From assembly GCA_003510435.1 (NCBI GenBank), contig DOMK01000013.1:12135-76134 (forward strand): DNA of 64,000 nt, in the 5' to 3' direction. Under the pieces are notes generated by a model that worked only from the letters and a program-made list of their open reading frames with translations, ran no database searches and was not told the origin of the DNA. Source of the DNA: Candidatus Magasanikiibacteriota bacterium. GTDB lineage: Bacteria > Patescibacteriota > Patescibacteriia > Magasanikbacterales > UBA922. This document shows, piece by piece, positions 44,385-53,616 of this stretch (the stretch's first letter is position 1; every line of letters begins with the position of its first letter). The translations under genes were made by a program, and so were the position numbers.

Positions 44385-45620
44385 TTAGGCATTAGGTATT
44401 AGACAGCGCATAATGTCATCAATCGTCACTATTCCTAACAAATGATTATCATTATCTATAACAGCTACTGACAACAAATTATATTTTGTCATAATAGTAG
44501 CGATTTTGGTTAGATTAGCGTCTACTTTAACACCAGGAATACCAGCAATTCTTTTCATCACTTCCCCGACTTTTCTTTTTTCGTCACTAATCATCAATCG
44601 TCTCATAGAGACTACACCCAGATAATGATTTTCTGTATCAACTACATACACAAAAAATATTGAACGATGCAAATGAGAATATTTTTTAATTTTTTCAATT
44701 GTCTCACCAACAGTGTCCTCTGAACTAGCAGTCAAATATTCAGTTGTCATAAGACCACCAGCTTCATCTTCATCATATTCCAAAATTTTTCTCAAACTCT
44801 TAGCATCTTTATAAGATGGTAGCCTCTCAATAAGTTGCACTGACTCACGAGCGGGAAGAAGTTGGATCAAATCAACCAATTCATCGGCTGACATCTTACC
44901 AACAATATCCATCGCTCTTTCTGGACCCAAATGTTGAACCAAAATTTTCTGAATTTCCGGCTGAACTTCTTCCAAGACTTTGGCCGCCGTCCTCTCGTCA
45001 AGTGAATCTAACAACGTACTACTTTGATTTAAATTCAATTTTTCCACAATATTGGCAATATCAGCTGGATGCAATTTTACCAAATCATCTTTATTTATAT
45101 CAAATTGTAATTTATCTCCGACAATATGAATATCTTTCCATTCCAAAAGATGAGGTTTAAAAAATCTAAATAATGATCCATGAAAACCAAGACGACGCAA
45201 TAAACCACTAGTAGATACATCAATTGCCAACAAACTCATTATTCCTTGTACTATGCTAAACTGTAAATCATTTACCCTAACTACTTTCACACCAGACAAA
45301 TCTACAATCTGTTTGTCTACTATATGACGATTTAAAAACAACAAATGATCTTCTTTTGGTATTGATAACATTTTTTCATTTAAGACGCAACGTAAAAAAA
45401 TACCACCAGAACTCCAATTGGAAACATTTTTTATTTCTACATAATATTCTTTGTTATTTTTGCCTTTCACTAAAATTCCCACCACCGGCGGGTACTGTTT
45501 CTTATCATCACTGTCAACGGCAATGTCTACTAAATGACCAACAATTTCATCATTTTTATCACGAATTTTTTTGTTAAATAAATTGCTAAAGTAAAACATA
45601 CAGATAAGCAGATTATGCAA
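44385..45620 (-). CDS. MgtE N-terminal domain plus CBS-pair protein (no membrane domain)
   Basis: 411 aa. MgtE_N helical region (DIANIVEKL...LLP), a tandem CBS pair at the C-terminus and a PRC-barrel-like N-terminus. The transporter TM module is absent. Confidence 0.6.
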   Translation of the reverse strand: MHNLLICMFYFSNLFNKKIRDKNDEIVGHLVDIAVDSDDKKQYPPVVGILVKGKNNKEYYVEIKNVSNWSSGGIFLRCVLNEKMLSIPKEDHLLFLNRHIVDKQIVDLSGVKVVRVNDLQFSIVQGIMSLLAIDVSTSGLLRRLGFHGSLFRFFKPHLLEWKDIHIVGDKLQFDINKDDLVKLHPADIANIVEKLNLNQSSTLLDSLDERTAAKVLEEVQPEIQKILVQHLGPERAMDIVGKMSADELVDLIQLLPARESVQLIERLPSYKDAKSLRKILEYDEDEAGGLMTTEYLTASSEDTVGETIEKIKKYSHLHRSIFFVYVVDTENHYLGVVSMRRLMISDEKRKVGEVMKRIAGIPGVKVDANLTKIATIMTKYNLLSVAVIDNDNHLLGIVTIDDIMRCLIPNA

Positions 45621-45669
45621 ATTAAGCAGAATAAGCAGAAATGTTATTTGCTTACTCTGCTTATCCTGC

Positions 45670-46050
45670 TTATTGCTTTCTTAGCTTCACTTGTTCTAAG
45701 TAACCTTCAAGTATTAACATCGCTGCCTTCTCATCCAAACTAGCCCGACCACCCATCTCCTCTGCCTCAGCTGTGGTTAGTCTTTCATCGGCAAAATCAA
45801 TTTCTAGATTCGTAGACTTTTTTATTTCTTCGGCAAACTTCCTAATCCGCCTTGTGTTATCATTTTCACTAGAATCTTCCAAACCAAAAGGTAAACCAAA
45901 AATAACTTTATTTATTTTCTCTTTTTTTATCAATTCTATTAATTCATCTTTATTACCTACTACACCAAAAGGTAAAACTACATCCAAACCAGTCTGTGCC
46001 CAAGCCAAACCAATTCTTTTACGGCCATAGTCCACTCCGAGTATATTCAT
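45670..46050 (-). CDS. ruvX: Holliday-junction resolvase-like / pre-16S rRNA nuclease YqgF (RuvX)
   Basis: 126 aa starting MNILGVDYGRKRIGLAWAQ. Confidence 0.85.
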   Translation of the reverse strand: MNILGVDYGRKRIGLAWAQTGLDVVLPFGVVGNKDELIELIKKEKINKVIFGLPFGLEDSSENDNTRRIRKFAEEIKKSTNLEIDFADERLTTAEAEEMGGRASLDEKAAMLILEGYLEQVKLRKQ

Positions 46051-46135
46051 AATTAATTAGGATTTAGGAATTAGTAATAAGATGCGGGAATTTCTCTCGC
46101 CTCAAGCCCTAACTCCTAATTCCTTTTTTATATAA
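46051..46135. repeat. second copy of the taggaatt / gatgcgggaat / cctaattcc spacer element
   Basis: See 34509-34586. Confidence 0.55.
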
Positions 46136-46951
46136 CTAAAATTTTTCATTTGGTCTTCGAGTGACCACCATTGGCCCATCCTTTGTAATAACAATCGTAT
46201 GTTCTTGATGAGCACAAAGACTATTATCAGCTGTGGAAATACTCCAACCATCATCAGCTGTAATTACATGGTAATCGCCTATAGTCACCATTGGTTCAAT
46301 CGCAATTACCACTCCTTCCCTCAAAATATAATTTTCTAAACTCTTATCATAATAATTTGGTACGCGTGGATCTTCGTGTACTGCATGGCCAACACCATGA
46401 CCAACCAAATCACGCACTATACCATAACCCTGTGGTTCTACCCAGTCCTGAATAGCTTTACCAATGCTCGCTACAGTATTACCTACTTGAGCTTGAACAA
46501 TACCAATTTCTAGACATTTTTTTGTCACATTTAATAATTGTTTGGTTTTTTCTGGTATTTTCCCCACCGCAACAGTCAAAGCTGTATCAGTAAAAAATCC
46601 ATTACCATTTTCTCCTTTACCACATTTGATTGGATATTGCATGCCAATATCAATACTAAAAATATCACCATCATTCAAAATTTTTTCTTTGGTGGCAATA
46701 CCATGAACTAGTTCTTCATTTTTGGAAGCGCAAATCGTTGAAGGAAATGGTGGTTCACTTTTTCTTCCTCTGTAACCTTTAAAAGCTGGTCGCCCACCAG
46801 CTTCTTTTATCATTCTTTCTGCCTCCTGATCAATTTCCCAAGCTGAAATACCGGGTTTGACCATGCCGGCTAATTTTTCTAAAATTTTACCTAAAATTGC
46901 CCCACCTTCAGTGATCAAAGCAATTTCTTCTGCTGATTTTATATAGGCCAT
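46136..46951 (-). CDS. map: methionine aminopeptidase type I
   Basis: 271 aa with a pita-bread fold and conserved metal ligands (D, D, H, E, E context: FSIDIGM, GHGVG). Confidence 0.9.
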   Translation of the reverse strand: MAYIKSAEEIALITEGGAILGKILEKLAGMVKPGISAWEIDQEAERMIKEAGGRPAFKGYRGRKSEPPFPSTICASKNEELVHGIATKEKILNDGDIFSIDIGMQYPIKCGKGENGNGFFTDTALTVAVGKIPEKTKQLLNVTKKCLEIGIVQAQVGNTVASIGKAIQDWVEPQGYGIVRDLVGHGVGHAVHEDPRVPNYYDKSLENYILREGVVIAIEPMVTIGDYHVITADDGWSISTADNSLCAHQEHTIVITKDGPMVVTRRPNEKF

Positions 46952-47191
46952 ATGGTTAATATTTTACCCTAAAATAAGGAAAAAAGCAACCAAAAACTCC
47001 CTATTCAAGGGAGTTTTTATTTTTTTAAATTTTGTAAATCTTTTACTTCTTTTTCTAAATTTTTTATTAATTTTTTCTGTTCATCTGGTTCTAAATCTGG
47101 AAAAAGCTTAAGCCAAAAATTGAGTTCTGTTTCATTCTCGCCTAATTGAATAAGTTTTTTAACTAAATCACTAATTGATAATGACATATTA

Positions 47192-47815
47192 TTATGCTAA
47201 TTCTTCTTTTCCACTTAATTTTCTATATGGTTTAGCCACTATTAACTTTTCATAATTAACTGAAATAAAATCACCAACAGTTTTCAATATACTAGACAGC
47301 TTCGGCATTTTATCTTTTAAAACTGCAGAGACTTTGTCTAAAGCCATAGGTAAAGCGTCAAAATTGGCCATATAATAAGAAACTGTTCCTCCAACACCAG
47401 CGGCTGCATATTCACCAACATAAGCAGCTGCATAAGCAAATATTGCAGCTGTAGTTGCTACCATGTAGTTAAATTGTTCAGTTACTTCCAAATCTCTACC
47501 ACCTTCTTTTTCAGTGATTGTTCCTTTGGCTAAATTATACTCACCATAAAACGGCGCATTATTTATAAGCTTTAAAAATAAAGGGGCTTTTACCAATTGC
47601 ATAATGCGATCTAAAAAAATCTTTCTAAGTAACCTTAATCTTTCTCCTCTTGCTTTCTCTTTAACCTTTTCCACTGTTTTTGGTCCTTCAGATAATTCCA
47701 AATTACCCAACTCTGTACTAGTAGATTCGACAATTAAATCATCGGCTGTATCATCTACTGGATTTTCTTTTTCCCAAGGTGTCATAAATTGTCTCATGTC
47801 TGATTCTGATCTCAT
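47192..47815 (-). CDS. hypothetical protein between map and adk
   Basis: 207 aa with an acidic N-terminus and an Ala/Gly/Tyr-rich hydrophobic stretch. No motif recognised. Confidence 0.35.
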   Translation of the reverse strand: MRSESDMRQFMTPWEKENPVDDTADDLIVESTSTELGNLELSEGPKTVEKVKEKARGERLRLLRKIFLDRIMQLVKAPLFLKLINNAPFYGEYNLAKGTITEKEGGRDLEVTEQFNYMVATTAAIFAYAAAYVGEYAAAGVGGTVSYYMANFDALPMALDKVSAVLKDKMPKLSSILKTVGDFISVNYEKLIVAKPYRKLSGKEELA

Positions 47816-47819
47816 AGAT

Positions 47820-48479
47820 TTATTTCAAAATTTTTTCAATTTCCTTATCAACTTTATCAATATCAATCTCACCATCTACAGTTTTTAAGACTCCCAAATC
47901 TTGGTAATAATCCAAAATTGGTCTAATGGCTGTATTCCCTTGTTCAATAATTCTCTTTTTGGCTGACTCGGGATTATCATCTTCACGAATTATTAATTTA
48001 CCCCTACATTCTGGACAATCAAACTTGGCTTCATTTTCTAGAGAATAAGGCAATATATATCCACAATCTGGACAAATTTTACGTCGAGTCAAACGATTAA
48101 AACTAGTCTTGTCAGATAAAGCAATTTCAATTACCAAAATTTCATTTTCTAAACGCTTGTTAGTAAAATATTCTTGGTATTTTTTGGCTTGCTCTACATT
48201 GCGAATCGCCCCATCTAACAAAACCCCTCTACCTGAATCTAAATTTTTATCCATAGCCGAAAAAGCTAGCTTGTATATCAAATCATCAGCTACTAGTTTA
48301 CCAGCTTTCATGTCATCTAATTTTTGTTTATCTGTTGGGTCAGCATTTGGATCTTTATCCAAAGCGCGCAATAAATCTCCAGTGGAAATATGCGCCAAAT
48401 CATATCGACCAACTAATTTTCTTGCTTGGGTGCCCTTACCACTCCCGGGGACGCCCATTAATATTATTACTTTTTTCAT
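47820..48479 (-). CDS. adk: adenylate kinase with a Zn-lid
   Basis: 219 aa. P-loop GVPGSGKGTQ and lid cysteines CPDCG...CPEC. Confidence 0.9.
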   Translation of the reverse strand: MKKVIILMGVPGSGKGTQARKLVGRYDLAHISTGDLLRALDKDPNADPTDKQKLDDMKAGKLVADDLIYKLAFSAMDKNLDSGRGVLLDGAIRNVEQAKKYQEYFTNKRLENEILVIEIALSDKTSFNRLTRRKICPDCGYILPYSLENEAKFDCPECRGKLIIREDDNPESAKKRIIEQGNTAIRPILDYYQDLGVLKTVDGEIDIDKVDKEIEKILK

Positions 48480-48552
48480 AGCATTGATTAAAACTGATTT
48501 AGACTGATTTAAACGATTAAATTTCTGTTTTAATCTGTCTAAATCAATGCTT
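48480..48552. repeat. TIR-bounded spacer element, copy D (gcattgattaaaactgatttagactgattt ... ctgtctaaatcaatgc)
   Basis: Near-identical to 52760-52844 over about 70 bp. Confidence 0.7.
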
Positions 48553-48834
48553 TTACAATTGATTATAATAATTTTTAAACACTGTCATTAATCCTTCTTT
48601 ATCATCATGACTTATTTTTCCACTAACACGTAAATGATGCAACACATCACGAATCTTTTGCAAAGAAATCATATGCTGACCATCACGAGCAGCCAAAATA
48701 GCCAATTCTACGGTTTGTTCATCATGATAATTTAAAGAAGCTACTTTATGTTGTGAAACCAAATGTCTGACAGCTTCACTATGTAGATGATGTCCTGTGG
48801 TAGAATATTTTGTACTAGAGCCAAATATTGACAT
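48553..48834 (-). CDS. hypothetical His-rich small protein
   Basis: 93 aa with many His residues (HHLHSE, HHLRV). No motif recognised. Confidence 0.35.
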   Translation of the reverse strand: MSIFGSSTKYSTTGHHLHSEAVRHLVSQHKVASLNYHDEQTVELAILAARDGQHMISLQKIRDVLHHLRVSGKISHDDKEGLMTVFKNYYNQL

Positions 48835-48892
48835 ATTTTAATAATTAATTTTGCTTAAATTAGCAAATTTATTCTATCATAAAACAAAGGCA

Positions 48893-48921
48893 TTGACAAA
48901 TATATATATGTGTGATAAAAT
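48893..48921 (+). promoter_or_regulatory. promoter TTGACA-N17-TAAAAT (mini-cassette 2)
   Basis: ttgaca aatatatatatgtgtga taaaat. A 5'UTR hairpin tgtgggt...acccaca follows, then RBS GGAGGG at 48976-48981 and the ATG at 48988. Confidence 0.55.
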
Positions 48922-48987
48922 AATTTGTCTTGTGGGTTACTTACACCCACAGATAGCATACAACCGATCTTACCTGGAGGGAAGAAA

Positions 48988-49176
48988 ATGCAAATTCGTT
49001 TTCTAGACATCGTTGCCTTGGTCGTTCAGGTACTAGTGGTCCTAGGTGGTTTGTTACTCACAATACTCAGTGAGACCGTGTGGGATCTGTCGGTTGGAAT
49101 CGCGACAACCTACAGCGGAGTACGGGCGATAAAAGGCATCTTCAAAGAAATGAGGACGCCTCCACCAGCCGATTAA
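48988..49176 (+). CDS. GC-rich 62-aa hydrophobic peptide (mini-cassette 2)
   Basis: MQIRFLDIVALVVQVLVVLGGLLLTILSETVWDLSVGIATTYSGVRAIKGIFKEMRTPPPAD. One long hydrophobic span. GC-rich codons. Confidence 0.5.
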   Translation: MQIRFLDIVALVVQVLVVLGGLLLTILSETVWDLSVGIATTYSGVRAIKGIFKEMRTPPPAD

Positions 49177-49256
49177 GTGAGGGGGCAGTCAGTTCCAAGC
49201 CCCCCAGAGCAATAAAACATTTATTTTTCTGGGGGACTGATTGCCTTAATAATAAA

Positions 49257-49286
49257 ACCAGCTGTTTTTAAACGGCTGGTTTTTTT
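49257..49286 (+). terminator. intrinsic terminator accagc-N12-gctggt plus a T7 run
   Basis: Downstream of the cassette-2 ORF. Preceded by G/C-tract hairpins (gggggc...gccccc). Confidence 0.6.
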
Positions 49287-49319
49287 GTTTTGTGTTATGT
49301 GTTTTGTGACTCGTGTCGA

Positions 49320-50591
49320 TTACATCCTATCATACTCATGTACCTCAATCTGAGAATCAATCTGCTTGGCAGTTTCAATCGCTACTGACACAACGATCAA
49401 AAGTGAAGTACCACCGATTACTAATGACTGAGTACCAGTAAAAGCCCGAAGAACTAATGGCATAATCGCAATTAAACCCAAGAACAAAGCACCAACGAAA
49501 ATTAATCGATTCATGGTCTTGCCTAAATATTCTTCAGTTTGTTTACCAGGACGAATCCCAGGAATAAAACCACCCTGTCTTTGTAAATTTTCAGCCATTT
49601 TTTGAGGATGAAAAATGACAGCCGTATAAAAATATGTAAAACCAAATACTAAAATAAAATAGAGTAAAGCGTAAAATAGCTGATTATTAAAAATATTCAC
49701 TATAAACTTAGCAGCTGTGGCAGAAAAACCAGCGCCATTTACAAAAAACTGAGCAATCATTGGCGGAAACAAAACCACTGAGATAGCAAAGATAATCGGA
49801 ATTACACCAGCCATATTTACGCGCAAAGGTAAATGGGTGCTATTGCCACCATAGGTTTTATTACCCCGAATTTGTTTGGCATAACTAACAGGAATATTTC
49901 TTTGTCCTTCACTAATGATAACCACACCAACAATCGTACCAACAGCAATAGCTACAAATAACAAATAAGTAACTAAATCAGCTGGATTATAATTTATTAC
50001 CAAATTTTGTACAACGTTTGGTAAATTGGCTACGATACCAGCAAAGATAAGAAGTGAAATACCATTGCCAATTTTCTTTTCAGTTATTAATTCACCAATC
50101 CACATTAAAAATACTGTACCCGCAGAAATTATAATCATGATGGAAGCTAATTTCCAATAGGTTAAATCTGGAATAATATTATTTTGTGATTGATTCAAAA
50201 GCTTGATCATACCAAAAGCTTGCAACAAAGCCAAAGGCACAGTTGCCAGTCTGGTATACATATTGATTTTTTGTTGACCCGCTTCACCCTCTTTTTGCAT
50301 TTCTTCCAAACGAGGAATAACCATGGCTAACAACTGAAAAATAATTGAAGATGTAATATATGGTGACACACCCATGAGCACAATAGAAAAATTTTCCATG
50401 GTGCCACCAGAAAAAACATTTAATAAACCTAAAATTTGATTACCAGATAAAAATTTTGCCAAAGCCACTGTGTCTACCCCTGGAATCGGAACATGAGCTG
50501 CAAATCTAAAAACAATAAGCAGTCCTAAAACAAATAGGACTCGATTGCGTAAATCTTTAATTTTCCAAATTCGTCTTATCTTTTCCCACAT
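49320..50591 (-). CDS. secY: preprotein translocase subunit SecY
   Basis: 423 aa, 10 TM helices, conserved SecY motifs. Confidence 0.9.
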   Translation of the reverse strand: MWEKIRRIWKIKDLRNRVLFVLGLLIVFRFAAHVPIPGVDTVALAKFLSGNQILGLLNVFSGGTMENFSIVLMGVSPYITSSIIFQLLAMVIPRLEEMQKEGEAGQQKINMYTRLATVPLALLQAFGMIKLLNQSQNNIIPDLTYWKLASIMIIISAGTVFLMWIGELITEKKIGNGISLLIFAGIVANLPNVVQNLVINYNPADLVTYLLFVAIAVGTIVGVVIISEGQRNIPVSYAKQIRGNKTYGGNSTHLPLRVNMAGVIPIIFAISVVLFPPMIAQFFVNGAGFSATAAKFIVNIFNNQLFYALLYFILVFGFTYFYTAVIFHPQKMAENLQRQGGFIPGIRPGKQTEEYLGKTMNRLIFVGALFLGLIAIMPLVLRAFTGTQSLVIGGTSLLIVVSVAIETAKQIDSQIEVHEYDRM

Positions 50592-50595
50592 ATCA

Positions 50596-50745
50596 TCGTT
50601 TCATTCCGAGTTTACGAGGTCGAAGATACTCTTGAGTGAATCTTTTTTACCCCGCGACTCTTTAAAACCATTGGCTAATAATTTGAAAAAGTTTATTTTA
50701 GAAAAGATTCCTCACCTCACCTCATCGGCGGGTTCGGAATGAACT
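50596..50745. repeat. two GC-rich short elements in the rplO-secY spacer
   Basis: About 50598-50641: cattccgagtttacgaggtcgaagatactcttgagtgaatc, related to 18472-18536. About 50705-50745: gattcctcacctcacctcatcggcgggttcggaatgaac, the reverse complement of 30848-30894. Coordinates are within about 3 nt. Confidence 0.6.
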
Positions 50746-51187
50746 AAAAAACTATTTTTGAACCACTCTTTTCTATCAATTCAACGGCTTTCTTACTTGC
50801 CAAACAACTTTTAATAGTAATTTTCTTTTTCAATTCACCTTTAGCAACAATTTTTACTCCCTTAGTAGGATGGCCAATTACACCTTTTTTATCAAGATAG
50901 CGTGGAGTAACCAAATCACCTTCTTTAACAATTCTTTCCAAAGTATCCAAGGTAACAGTTTCTTTCTTACTATAAATACTCTTGAAACCACGAAGTTTTG
51001 GTACTTTTAATAAAGAAGCTTTAAAAGCTCTAATTTGGGTCCGACTCTTGCCACCAGAACGAGATCTCTGACCTTTCAAACCACGCGCTGAATAAGTACC
51101 TTTACCAGAGGCATTACCACGACCAACTCTTTTTCCTTTTCGTTTTATTCCTGTACCAGGTTTAATTGTACTAGCAGTTAATACCAT
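50744..51187 (-). CDS. rplO: 50S ribosomal protein L15
   Basis: 147 aa, Gly/Arg-rich N-terminus. Lies between rpsE and secY. Confidence 0.9.
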   Translation of the reverse strand: MVLTASTIKPGTGIKRKGKRVGRGNASGKGTYSARGLKGQRSRSGGKSRTQIRAFKASLLKVPKLRGFKSIYSKKETVTLDTLERIVKEGDLVTPRYLDKKGVIGHPTKGVKIVAKGELKKKITIKSCLASKKAVELIEKSGSKIVF

Positions 51188-51199
51188 ATTTAATATTTA

Positions 51200-51802
51200 T
51201 TATTGTTTATCATTATCTTTGTTGACTTTCTTTACAACCTCTTTTTTACCTTCATCCACATTGACATTGCTTATATTAGTATCCAGCTTAACTGCAACTG
51301 GTTCAACTTTTTTTGGTAAACTATTCTTTTTAAACATTTGCAAACAATCAAAAGTAGCTTTCACATTACTAATTTTATTATTAGTTCTACCAATCATCTT
51401 AGCAGAAGCATTTGGTACTCCAGCTAATTCTAACACTACTCTGATTGAACCACCAGCAATAATACCACTCCCCTTTGGAGCTGGTTTAATAAAAACCTTG
51501 GCCGCTTTATATTTGGCTTGAACAGTATGAGGAATAGAATCAGCATTCATTGGTACAGTAATAATATTCTTTTTAGCTTGATTCACGGCTTTTTCTACGG
51601 CCATTTGAACATCTTTACCTTTATCAACTCCGTAACCAACCCGGCCTTTTCTATCACCAATCACAACAGTGGCGCGAAAACTCAATTGTTTTCCACCTTT
51701 TGTCACACGAGTCACACGAGCCAAATCAACAATTTGTTGATCAAACTCTGGCTTCTCTTTTTTTGGTTTTTGACCTGATTTTCCTTTACCTTTGTATGCC
51801 AT
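51200..51802 (-). CDS. rpsE: 30S ribosomal protein S5 (with a K/V/E-rich C-terminal extension)
   Basis: 200 aa with S5 dsRBD and C-terminal domains. About 35 extra C-terminal residues. Confidence 0.9.
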   Translation of the reverse strand: MAYKGKGKSGQKPKKEKPEFDQQIVDLARVTRVTKGGKQLSFRATVVIGDRKGRVGYGVDKGKDVQMAVEKAVNQAKKNIITVPMNADSIPHTVQAKYKAAKVFIKPAPKGSGIIAGGSIRVVLELAGVPNASAKMIGRTNNKISNVKATFDCLQMFKKNSLPKKVEPVAVKLDTNISNVNVDEGKKEVVKKVNKDNDKQ

Positions 51803-51824
51803 ATATTATTAAAATTATTTATTT

Positions 51825-52199
51825 TTAAAATTTCAAACCGGCTTCTCTAGCTCCGTCAGCAGCGGCTTGCACCCGACCCTGATATTTGTAACCAGCCCGA
51901 TCAAATACTACTTTGGTAATACCAGCTTCTTTAGCCTTAGCACCAAGACTCTTACCAACTAAAAATGCAACAGCTGTCTTTCCTTTTCTTTCACCAACAT
52001 CTTGTTTTTTATCAACACTCTTGCTGTGAACCGCTACTAAAGTTTTACTATTATTATCATCAATCAATTGAGCATAAAAATTTACCAAACCTTTAAAAAC
52101 ATTAAAACGAGGACAGTCGGCTGTACCAGAAACTCTAGTACGAACGCGTTGTTGTCTTCTTTGTCTTCTGTCTGATTTTGTTTTTAATCTTTTTACCAT
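51825..52199 (-). CDS. rplR: 50S ribosomal protein L18
   Basis: 124 aa. Identified by position in the operon and an Arg-rich N-terminus. Confidence 0.9.
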   Translation of the reverse strand: MVKRLKTKSDRRQRRQQRVRTRVSGTADCPRFNVFKGLVNFYAQLIDDNNSKTLVAVHSKSVDKKQDVGERKGKTAVAFLVGKSLGAKAKEAGITKVVFDRAGYKYQGRVQAAADGAREAGLKF

Positions 52200-52210
52200 A
52201 TCTTTATTTA

Positions 52211-52759
52211 TTAACTAGCAGATTTAGCCGCTGTCTTACCTTCTTTACGGCGGATAACTTCTTCAAGATATTTAATTCCTTTACCTTTGTAAGGTTCTGG
52301 TTTTCTAATTTTTCTTACTTCGGCTGCTACATTACCCAACAATTCTTTATCAGAACTTTCCAATGTAATTAGATTCTTTTCTACCCCAGCTGTCACCGTG
52401 TTTGGAATTTTGTAAATTACTGAATGGGAAAAACCAACTTCCAGTTTCAAATCTTTACCTTGCATGGCCACTTTATAACCCACACCATTAATTTCTAATT
52501 GTTTTTTAAATCCAGTTGTTACACCAGTCACCATATTTTGGATGTGAGAAGAAAAAGTTCCCCACAAAGAACGTTCCGATTTTTCATCTTCATTTTTAAC
52601 TGATACAGAAATAACGTTGTCCTCAATCTTAACACTCACTTTATCATTAAGCTTGCGAGTCAAAGTTCCTTTTGGACCTTTTACCAAAATTTCATCTGCT
52701 TTTAGATCAACGGTTACTCCAGCTGGAATTTGAATTGTTCTTTTGCCTATACGTGACAT
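52211..52759 (-). CDS. rplF: 50S ribosomal protein L6
   Basis: 182 aa starting MSRIGKRTIQIPAGV. Confidence 0.9.
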   Translation of the reverse strand: MSRIGKRTIQIPAGVTVDLKADEILVKGPKGTLTRKLNDKVSVKIEDNVISVSVKNEDEKSERSLWGTFSSHIQNMVTGVTTGFKKQLEINGVGYKVAMQGKDLKLEVGFSHSVIYKIPNTVTAGVEKNLITLESSDKELLGNVAAEVRKIRKPEPYKGKGIKYLEEVIRRKEGKTAAKSAS

Positions 52760-52844
52760 AGCATTGATTAAAACTGATTTAGACTGATTTCAGATAATTA
52801 AACATCTGTTTTAATCTGTCTAAATCAATGTTTATTTAGTTTAT
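52760..52844. repeat. TIR-bounded spacer element, copy E, between rpsH and rplF
   Basis: gcattgattaaaactgatttagactgatttcagataattaaacatctgttttaatctgtctaaatcaatg. Confidence 0.7.
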
Positions 52845-53237
52845 TTAATATACTGAACAAATAATTTCTCCACCAATACCCAATTTACGAGCTTGCTTAT
52901 TAGTCATAAAACCTTGTGAAGTGGATATAACCGCCACACCAAAGTCATTCAAAATTCTCGGCATTTCCTCGGATTTGCGATAAATACGATAACCTGGCTT
53001 ACTCACCCGAACCAAAGATCTAATTTGTGGTTCTCGGTCATTGTATAAAAGCTCAATGGTTAATTTCTTTACTGGCTTTTCTTCCACAATTTCAACTTTG
53101 CCCACATATTTTTCTTGAGCCAAAATATCAGCAATCGCTTTTTTTACCTTTGAAAAAGGTAACACAATATTTGCCCGTCTTGATAATTGGGCATTGCGTA
53201 TGCGAGTTAACATGTCTGCGATAGGATCGGTCATCAT
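52845..53237 (-). CDS. rpsH: 30S ribosomal protein S8
   Basis: 130 aa starting MMTDPIADMLTRIRNA. Confidence 0.9.
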   Translation of the reverse strand: MMTDPIADMLTRIRNAQLSRRANIVLPFSKVKKAIADILAQEKYVGKVEIVEEKPVKKLTIELLYNDREPQIRSLVRVSKPGYRIYRKSEEMPRILNDFGVAVISTSQGFMTNKQARKLGIGGEIICSVY

Positions 53238-53392
53238 AGTTTTTGAGTAATTTTATTTATTGTACATTTATTTACTTACTAAAGTTTTACCACTTCTATA
53301 TTATAATTATTTTTCACCTTACCACCTCACCACTTAACCACATATACAAATTTGTGATTGAGTGATTAAGTGATAAAGTGGTTAAGTGATTT

Positions 53393-53578
53393 TTACCAGC
53401 TTGACTTTCTTACACCCGGTAACTTTCCTTGGTTAGCTAATTCCCGGAAACAAATTCTACATAAACCAAATTTACGCATAAAACCATGCTTACGGCCGCA
53501 TTTCCAACAACGACGTACAATTCTAGTCGTATATTTTGGTGTTCTATTTGATTTTGCAATTTGTCCTTGTGTCGCCAT
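53393..53578 (-). CDS. rpsZ: 30S ribosomal protein S14, Zn-binding type Z
   Basis: 61 aa with a CxxC...CxxC motif. Confidence 0.9.
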   Translation of the reverse strand: MATQGQIAKSNRTPKYTTRIVRRCWKCGRKHGFMRKFGLCRICFRELANQGKLPGVRKSSW

Positions 53579-53616
53579 ATATAACTTATTCTTTAAAAAA
53601 CATTTATTATATAATT

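Noticed and set aside
47022-47187. Unannotated small ORF in the 240-bp gap between map and the 207-aa hypothetical gene
   Set aside because: Translating the minus strand from the ATG at about 47185-47187 reaches a stop after about 33 codons. It is too short and unsupported.
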